Part shown: piece by piece, positions 1 through 4,393 of the stretch
How positions within the stretch are numbered: position 1 is the first letter of the stretch
How the letters are laid out: every line of letters begins with the position of its first letter
IMG/VR virus record: IMGVR_UViG_2579778784_000011
Length of the DNA stretch: 4,393 bases
Origin: a virus
Lineage: Duplodnaviria > Heunggongvirae > Uroviricota > Caudoviricetes
Reading direction: 5' to 3' (one strand)
Translations under genes and position numbers: made by a program
Notes under the pieces: generated by a model
Seen by the model: the letters and a program-made list of their open reading frames with translations, nothing else
Database searches by the model: none
Told to the model about the DNA's origin: nothing

Positions 1-1734
1 GCACGCAACGCTGAAGCCGCCTCTCAGAGCGCAGCGGCAGCAAAGAAATCAGAAACAGCAGCGGCATCGTCCAGGAATGCGGCGAAAACATCAGAGACGA
101 ATGCAGGTAACAGCGCGAAAGCGGCAGCTTCTTCAAAAACAGCCGCACAAAACGCAGCAACAGCGGCAGAACGTTCAGAGACAAATGCCCGTGCGTCAGA
201 AGAAGCCTCCGCAGACAGTGAAGAGGCTTCCCGCCGTAATGCAGAGTCAGCCGCTGAAAATGCCGGAGTCGCCACCACAAAAGCGCGGGAGGCCGCAGCA
301 GACGCAACAAAGGCCGGGCAGAAAAAGGATGAGGCTCTGTCGGCAGCGACACGGGCTGAAAAGGCGGCAGACCGCGCAGAAGTCGCAGCGGAAGTGACTG
401 CAGAGCCCTATGCGAATATAGTGCCGCCGCTGCCTGATGTGTGGATACCGTTTAACGATTCACTGGATATGATTGCGGGTTTTTCTCCGGGCTATAAAAA
501 AATAGCTATTGGTGACGATGTGGTTCAGGTCGCCAGTGATAAACAGGTTAATTTCAGTCGCGCATCAACGGCAACATATATCAACAAATCTGGCGAACTG
601 AAAACGGCGGAAATTAATGAGCCGCGATTTGAGTGTGATGGCCTGCTTATTGAGGGACAAAGAACGAACTACATGCTCAATTCGGAAAGTCCAGCCAGCT
701 GGGGGAAGTCATCAAACATGGATGTGCCCGAAACCGGGACGGATAGTTTTGGTTTTACTTATGGAAAGTTTGTCTGCAACGATTCTCTGGTTGGGCAAAC
801 TTCGGCTATTAATATGGCATCAATTGCTGCAACAAAGTCAGTTGATGTCTCAGGCGATAACAAGTACGTGACAACCTCATGCCGTTTTAAAACAGAACGA
901 CAGGTAAGGTTACGTATACGGTTTGATAAGTATGATGGTAGTGCAACAACTTTTCTTGGCGATGCGTACATTGATACGCAAACGCTTGAAATTAATATGA
1001 CAGGTGGTGCTGCCGGCAGAATTACGGCACGAGTCAGGAAGGATAAGACCACAGGCTGGATTTTTGCAGAGGCAACGATTCAGGCAATTGATGGTGAGTT
1101 AAAAATAGGCTCTCAGATACAGTATTCTCCTGAGCAGGGTGGGGCAACAGTATCTGGTGACTATATTTATCTTGCCACCCCACAAGTAGAGAATGGGCCG
1201 TGTGTATCATCATTTATTATTTCAGGAGGCAGCGCAACGACAAGAGCCAGTGATTTGGTTAGTATCCCCACCAGAAATAATCTTTATAAGTTACCATTTA
1301 CTTTTTTACTTGAGATTCATAAAAACTGGGATATTGCACCAAACGCCGCACCCCGCGTGTGGGATATAGCAGCAGCCAATACCGGGCAATTAGCAATTGC
1401 AGCAATCAACAGAGGTAGTGGTAAGTTATATATGAGTCTGTCAAACCCTTCAGGCTCGTATGTTAATAGCGCAGCGACAGATGTATTTGCAGAGAAAACC
1501 ACATTTGGATGTATTGCAAAAGCTGATGGTCACTTTCATGTGGTGACAAATGGTAAAGCGGTTAATGAAGTTTATTGTGAATATAATGGCGTGACCGCTG
1601 ATAAAAATATCCGATTTGGAGGGCAGACGAATACTGGAGAACGACATCTGTTTGGCCATATTCGCAATTTCCGCATATGGCATAAAGAAAAGCAATTGCA
1701 GCAATCAACAGAGGTAGTGGTAAGTTATATATGA
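1..1734 (+). CDS. side tail fibre protein (Stf-like), 5'-partial at window edge; 3' end frameshifted by a tandem duplication
   Basis: Frame 1 is open from nt 1 with no stop until 1732-1734, so the gene enters the window in progress and the GTG at 394 in the ORF track is internal. The first ~130 codons are an Ala/Ser/Thr/Glu/Lys-rich low-complexity shaft (e.g. AAKTSETNAGNSAKAAASSKTAAQNAATAAERSETNARASEEA), as in lambdoid Stf-type side tail fibres. A less GC-rich C-terminal region follows. The last 14 codons before the stop lie in copy 2 of the 299-bp duplication and are read out of phase. Confidence 0.8.
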   Translation, partial: ARNAEAASQSAAAAKKSETAAASSRNAAKTSETNAGNSAKAAASSKTAAQNAATAAERSETNARASEEASADSEEASRRNAESAAENAGVATTKAREAAADATKAGQKKDEALSAATRAEKAADRAEVAAEVTAEPYANIVPPLPDVWIPFNDSLDMIAGFSPGYKKIAIGDDVVQVASDKQVNFSRASTATYINKSGELKTAEINEPRFECDGLLIEGQRTNYMLNSESPASWGKSSNMDVPETGTDSFGFTYGKFVCNDSLVGQTSAINMASIAATKSVDVSGDNKYVTTSCRFKTERQVRLRIRFDKYDGSATTFLGDAYIDTQTLEINMTGGAAGRITARVRKDKTTGWIFAEATIQAIDGELKIGSQIQYSPEQGGATVSGDYIYLATPQVENGPCVSSFIISGGSATTRASDLVSIPTRNNLYKLPFTFLLEIHKNWDIAPNAAPRVWDIAAANTGQLAIAAINRGSGKLYMSLSNPSGSYVNSAATDVFAEKTTFGCIAKADGHFHVVTNGKAVNEVYCEYNGVTADKNIRFGGQTNTGERHLFGHIRNFRIWHKEKQLQQSTEVVVSYI

Positions 1735-1989
1735 GTCTGTCAAACCCTTCAGGCTCGTATGTTAATAGCGCAGCGACAGATGTATTTGCAGAGAAAACCA
1801 CATTTGGATGTATTGCAAAAGCTGATGGTCACTTTCATGTGGTGACAAATGGTAAAGCGGTTAATGAAGTTTATTGTGAATATAATGGCGTGACCGCTGA
1901 TAAAAATATCCGATTTGGAGGGCAGACGAATACTGGAGAACGACATCTGTTTGGCCATATTCGCAATTTCCGCATATGGCATAAAGAAT
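1392..1989. repeat. perfect direct tandem duplication, 2 x 299 bp (unit 1392-1689, junction base A at 1690, copy 1691-1988)
   Basis: Base-by-base comparison: 1392-1689 is identical to 1691-1988 over 298 bp. The first difference is 1690 (A) versus 1989 (T). Confidence 0.97.
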
Positions 1990-2021
1990 TAAATGACAGG
2001 CAATTAAAAGAGGTCGTATGA
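1731..2021 (+). CDS. displaced tail fibre C-terminal fragment (copy 2 of the duplicated segment in the native phase); likely remnant, not an independent gene
   Basis: Encodes the same 85 residues as copy 1 (MSLSNPSGSY...FRIWHKE), then LNDRQLKEVV and a TGA that overlaps the next ATG (ATGA at 2018-2021). This looks like the original end of the tail fibre gene. Its own ATG overlaps the upstream stop (ATGA at 1731-1734), so reinitiation is possible. Confidence 0.4.
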   Translation: MSLSNPSGSYVNSAATDVFAEKTTFGCIAKADGHFHVVTNGKAVNEVYCEYNGVTADKNIRFGGQTNTGERHLFGHIRNFRIWHKELNDRQLKEVV

Positions 2022-2296
2022 AAGATTTAACTTTGAAGTTTCATGACAAACTGCAGTTTAAGGCCTTCCTGTCATCTCTTGGCTGGGCGGAAGATGAAGA
2101 CCTCCAGAATAAACTGTTAGTTGATGAAATTGGTTTCACCTACACAGAAACAGGGGTAACAGAAGAGGGAGAACCTGTCTGTATCCGGAATGATGGTTAT
2201 TTTGTCAACATTCGCATTCTTGATGACTTGTTTGATGTTTCTGTATTCTCTGATTATGTCGTGGAGCTGGAAACACCGCTTCGGGAATGGAGCTGA
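2018..2296 (+). CDS. hypothetical small acidic protein (92 aa), translationally coupled to the tail fibre gene
   Basis: ATG at 2018 overlaps the native-phase tail fibre stop (ATGA), with AAGAGG a few nt upstream. 92 aa, strongly acidic (about 20 Asp/Glu versus 8 Lys/Arg). No motif recognised. Its 3' two-thirds lies inside the 271-bp duplication. Confidence 0.6.
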   Translation: MKDLTLKFHDKLQFKAFLSSLGWAEDEDLQNKLLVDEIGFTYTETGVTEEGEPVCIRNDGYFVNIRILDDLFDVSVFSDYVVELETPLREWS

Positions 2297-2618
2297 AAGG
2301 AGGAAATAATGGATATAAGCCCCTTACTTCATGCACTTTGTGCTGTATCTTGGCTGGGCGGAAGATGAAGACCTCCAGAATAAACTGTTAGTTGATGAAA
2401 TTGGTTTCACCTACACAGAAACAGGGGTAACAGAAGAGGGAGAACCTGTCTGTATCCGGAATGATGGTTATTTTGTCAACATTCGCATTCTTGATGACTT
2501 GTTTGATGTTTCTGTATTCTCTGATTATGTCGTGGAGCTGGAAACACCGCTTCGGGAATGGAGCTGAAAGGAGGAAATAATGGATATAAGCCCCTTACTT
2601 CATGCACTTTGTGCTGTG
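2077..2618. repeat. perfect direct tandem duplication, 2 x 271 bp (unit 2077-2346, junction base A at 2347, copy 2348-2617)
   Basis: Base-by-base comparison: 2077-2346 is identical to 2348-2617 over 270 bp. Position 2347 is A where the base after copy 2 (2618) is G. Confidence 0.97.
2331..2567 (+). CDS. chimeric duplicate ORF created by the 271-bp duplication; probably not an independent gene
   Basis: MHFVLY, from the start region of the downstream gene, is fused in frame to residues 21-92 of the 2018-2296 product. No Shine-Dalgarno precedes its ATG. The strong RBS+ATG at 2297-2311 instead opens a 19-codon ORF ending at 2363-2365. Confidence 0.3.
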   Translation: MHFVLYLGWAEDEDLQNKLLVDEIGFTYTETGVTEEGEPVCIRNDGYFVNIRILDDLFDVSVFSDYVVELETPLREWS

Positions 2619-2868
2619 GCTGCGCAGATACTGGTTGGTCTTTTTTACCGGAAACTGGGCTTACGGAGCGATAGCCGGTTGTACGTTCTTCATTGCGCGT
2701 GAACATACCCAGGCAGAATATCGCTGGATTGAAATGTTCGGGCATGGCAAGCGAATGAATATGCCGTGGTGGGGCGGTTTTGATCCGCGTGCTTGGGATG
2801 TGGCAAGCCTGATGGATTTTGCTGTGCCGGTGGTGGCGTGTCTGCTGATCTGGATGTTGATCCGTTAA
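2602..2868 (+). CDS. hypothetical small membrane protein (88 aa, two predicted transmembrane segments); start uncertain
   Basis: Open frame with enterobacterial-like codon choice (CTG, GTG, CCG, GCG frequent). Two hydrophobic stretches long enough to span a membrane (WLVFFTGNWAYGAIAGCTFFIA and VASLMDFAVPVVACLLIWMLI), with Arg-Arg before the first. No Shine-Dalgarno before ATG 2602; a strong AAGGAGG-N5-ATG lies at 2568-2582 in a different frame. Confidence 0.55.
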   Translation: MHFVLWLRRYWLVFFTGNWAYGAIAGCTFFIAREHTQAEYRWIEMFGHGKRMNMPWWGGFDPRAWDVASLMDFAVPVVACLLIWMLIR

Positions 2869-2919
2869 ATATAAAAAGTAAAAAGCCGCAGTAACTTGTC
2901 ATGATAGGATACTGCGGCT
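2869..2919 (-). terminator. candidate intrinsic terminator for dinI (hairpin plus U-tract on the minus strand), possibly bidirectional
   Basis: Inverted repeat AGCCGCAGTA (2884-2893) / TACTGCGGCT (2910-2919): a 10-bp stem with a 16-nt loop. On the minus strand the stem is followed by UUUUACUUUUUAUAU (complement of 2869-2883), about 65 nt past the dinI stop. The loop is long for a canonical terminator. Confidence 0.45.
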
Positions 2920-2985
2920 GGCTGGTTAACTTTCGATAGTGCGAGTATTGAATGATTTCCAGCCGTTACTGATTTTACGTGCTAA

Positions 2986-3234
2986 TTAGTGAACAAACCA
3001 CTCGTCAGCAGACTCCCAGGTATCTTTCAGAGTTTCCTGAACAAAAGTTTTAGCTGAATCTTTATCGGCGGTGCGCGTAACAGAAAGGCCATCGTTGCTG
3101 GTGGCTTTTACGATCACCTCTACATCGTCATAACGTTTACTGATGCGTCGGGTTAATTCTTCCTTTAACGCATCCACAGCACCGTTTGGCATTTTAGTCA
3201 TTTTTTCTTTGGCTATGCAGATCTCAATACGCAT
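2986..3234 (-). CDS. dinI: DinI-family DNA-damage-inducible protein (82 aa)
   Basis: The translation [82 protein letters not shown] matches my memory of E. coli DinI at many positions (MRIE..IAK, GA.DAL, EL.RRI, LSV, QET, TWESAD.WFV). It is preceded by an AGAGGG Shine-Dalgarno and two LexA boxes. Not verified by search. Confidence 0.9.
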   Translation of the reverse strand: MRIEICIAKEKMTKMPNGAVDALKEELTRRISKRYDDVEVIVKATSNDGLSVTRTADKDSAKTFVQETLKDTWESADEWFVH

Positions 3235-3249
3235 AAAAGTCCCTCTATA

Positions 3250-3265
3250 CTGTGTTTGTATACAG
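3250..3265 (-). promoter_or_regulatory. LexA box (SOS operator), promoter-proximal, overlapping the likely transcription start of dinI
   Basis: CTGTGTTTGTATACAG on the + strand matches the CTGT-N8-ACAG core of the enterobacterial LexA consensus TACTGTATATATATACAGTA, with flanking TA...TG. It lies 16-31 nt upstream of the dinI ATG. Confidence 0.75.
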
Positions 3266-3270
3266 TGTTA

Positions 3271-3299
3271 TTTTTAACTGTATGGATAAACAGTGTCAA
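3271..3299 (-). promoter_or_regulatory. candidate sigma70 promoter of dinI (-35 TTGACA at 3294-3299, -10 TAAAAA/AAAAAT near 3270-3276, minus-strand sense)
   Basis: Minus-strand sequence is cTTGACA-ctgtttatccatacagt-TAAAAAt: a perfect -35 hexamer, a 17-18 bp spacer and an A/T-rich -10 (4/6 match to TATAAT). The -35 hexamer overlaps the integrase stop codon (3296-3298). Confidence 0.5.
3278..3293 (-). promoter_or_regulatory. second LexA box, occupying the -35/-10 spacer of the dinI promoter
   Basis: CTGTATGGATAAACAG (CTGT-N8-ACAG), 12 bp from the first box and directly abutting the TTGACA -35 element. Confidence 0.75.
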
Positions 3300-4393
3300 G
3301 AGGTCTTATTTCTGCTCCTTTGGAGCTCTTCAAAACGATTATGTAAAGATTTCGGATACAGTTCGGTATATACCTGCCATAGCACGTTTAATGAACGATG
3401 CCCTGTAACCTGAGCGACTTCCTCAATACTAAAACCAGCCTCAAATAAGCGACTTGCCCCTTCTCTACGCAAATCATGGTATCGCAGATCTTTAATACCT
3501 AATTTGCTTCTTACCCTCTGAAATCCTGCAGTAACAGAAGTGCTGTTATATGGAAAAATGAATTCCGATTTTTTGGGCTGTCGTTGGACGATATCCCAGG
3601 CTTCCCCAAGCAAGGCTACTTTCATGTGGTTGCCTTCCTTTTTGCGTGGATCTTTCCTGTCTCTTACGAGTATAGATTTTTGTTCCTGGTCGAGATCTTC
3701 CCATCGTAACCGGCATACTTCTCCGATCCGCATACAGGACCACACAGAAAATTTGAGGATATCAACGAACGGAATTTTTGAGCATTTATGAGTAGATCGT
3801 TGTTGAAGGCCTTCAATGAGCATGTCCAGTTCATCAGATGCTGGTCTACGATTACGACGGTTTGATTTACCAATCAAACCAAGTTTAAGTAGATATGGGC
3901 GAGCGCTTTTCGCCGGGTTTGATGTGTAATTAATTCCGTATACAGGTTTGGCCGCATCCAGAACACTGCCAAGATAACTAACATCGTGGCTGACTGTTGC
4001 TGGACCTGCACCAGCGTTGTTTCTTAGCCTGCAATGTTCAATTACGTCATTTTCTGTCAGTTCAGATAGTTTGATCGCGGAGATGTCACTATCCATAAGC
4101 AGTTCCAGCACATATCTTTTAGTACGGCCTGCTTTACCTCCGGCATTTGGGTCATTTAAATATTTGTGTAGTAAGTCACGGACTGTAAGTCCGTCAACTG
4201 CATTTGATGATGGAATGCCATATAGATCTAATTCCATCACTTTCTGTGTTCCCCATGTTTTGGCATGAGCATGTTTAGGGAATGTTTTGCTTTCCCTGTA
4301 AGTGATAACACCTTTTTCTTTGATAATCACATTACAGCGATAGCGTGGTGTGCCATCGGATTTTAGTCGTTTCTCTATGTTATAGTACGCCAT
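3296..4393 (-). CDS. int: phage integrase, tyrosine recombinase family (365 aa); ATG at window edge, apparently complete
   Basis: C-terminal catalytic-domain signature in order: Arg in MRIGEVCRLRWEDL, Lys in KKEGNHMKVAL, HDLRREGASRL (His-x-x-Arg), GHRSLNVLWQVYTEL (His/Trp and the presumptive catalytic Tyr). Size is typical of lambda-like integrases, and it sits next to a tail module and a moron region. Start codon is at 4391-4393; an upstream extension beyond the window cannot be excluded. Confidence 0.9.
   Translation of the reverse strand: MAYYNIEKRLKSDGTPRYRCNVIIKEKGVITYRESKTFPKHAHAKTWGTQKVMELDLYGIPSSNAVDGLTVRDLLHKYLNDPNAGGKAGRTKRYVLELLMDSDISAIKLSELTENDVIEHCRLRNNAGAGPATVSHDVSYLGSVLDAAKPVYGINYTSNPAKSARPYLLKLGLIGKSNRRNRRPASDELDMLIEGLQQRSTHKCSKIPFVDILKFSVWSCMRIGEVCRLRWEDLDQEQKSILVRDRKDPRKKEGNHMKVALLGEAWDIVQRQPKKSEFIFPYNSTSVTAGFQRVRSKLGIKDLRYHDLRREGASRLFEAGFSIEEVAQVTGHRSLNVLWQVYTELYPKSLHNRFEELQRSRNKTS

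Noticed and set aside
24-397. ORFs 24-278 (-) and 77-397 (+), the latter very Gln/Arg/Lys-rich
   Set aside because: Both lie wholly inside the open tail fibre frame. They are the expected alternate-frame readings of a GCN/GAR-rich Ala/Glu repeat region (GCA GCG becomes CAG CGG), with no start context of their own.
617-1052. Internal ORFs 617-871 (+) and 759-1052 (-)
   Set aside because: Nested within or antisense to the tail fibre coding frame, with no ribosome-binding site and unremarkable composition. Treated as chance ORFs.
1317-1982. Four minus-strand ORFs (1317-1502, 1562-1801, 1450-1704, 1749-1982) forming two pairs with identical peptides
   Set aside because: The pairing is a direct consequence of the 299-bp tandem duplication. 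They are antisense to the tail fibre gene and are not evidence of real genes.
1392-2618. Diversity-generating retroelement or invertase-driven tail fibre switching (Gin/Cin/Pin or shufflon type)
   Set aside because: A DGR needs template/variable repeats that differ mainly at adenines plus a reverse transcriptase; invertase systems need inverted repeats flanking alternative 3' segments plus a recombinase. Here the repeats are direct, adjacent and identical, and no reverse transcriptase or serine invertase ORF is present.
2476-2902. Minus-strand ORFs 2476-2745 and 2690-2902 downstream of dinI, considered as a possible co-transcribed antirepressor
   Set aside because: They lie beyond the candidate dinI terminator, overlap the better-supported plus-strand membrane-protein ORF, and have Pro/Gln/His-rich low-complexity translations typical of antisense frames.
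3540-4268. ORFs 3540-3791 (+), 3546-3743 (-), 3664-3873 (-) and 4017-4268 (+) inside the integrase gene
   Set aside because: All are contained within the 365-codon integrase ORF, which has a coherent catalytic-domain signature. These are alternate-frame or antisense chance ORFs.
1-4393. CRISPR array, tRNA/rRNA genes, insertion-sequence ends or transposase
   Set aside because: No short regularly spaced repeats with unique spacers, no cloverleaf-capable segment or tRNA-like conserved stretches were seen by eye, and no terminal inverted repeats flanking a transposase-like ORF. The only recombinase is the tyrosine integrase.

Overview
The window reads as the tail-fibre/integrase junction of a lambdoid temperate phage of the enterobacterial type. 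It holds the 3' part of a side tail fibre gene (+), two small accessory ORFs (+), a convergent LexA-controlled dinI-like gene (-) and a tyrosine integrase (-). The strongest signal is two perfect direct tandem duplications, 2 x 299 bp at 1392-1989 and 2 x 271 bp at 2077-2618. Neither period is a multiple of 3: the first frameshifts the tail fibre 3' end, the second creates a chimeric duplicate ORF. They are either very recent rearrangements or assembly/construct artefacts, and the sequence alone cannot say which. No rRNA, tRNA, CRISPR array or transposase was seen. All protein identifications are from reading the translations and from memory of the families; no database search was run.
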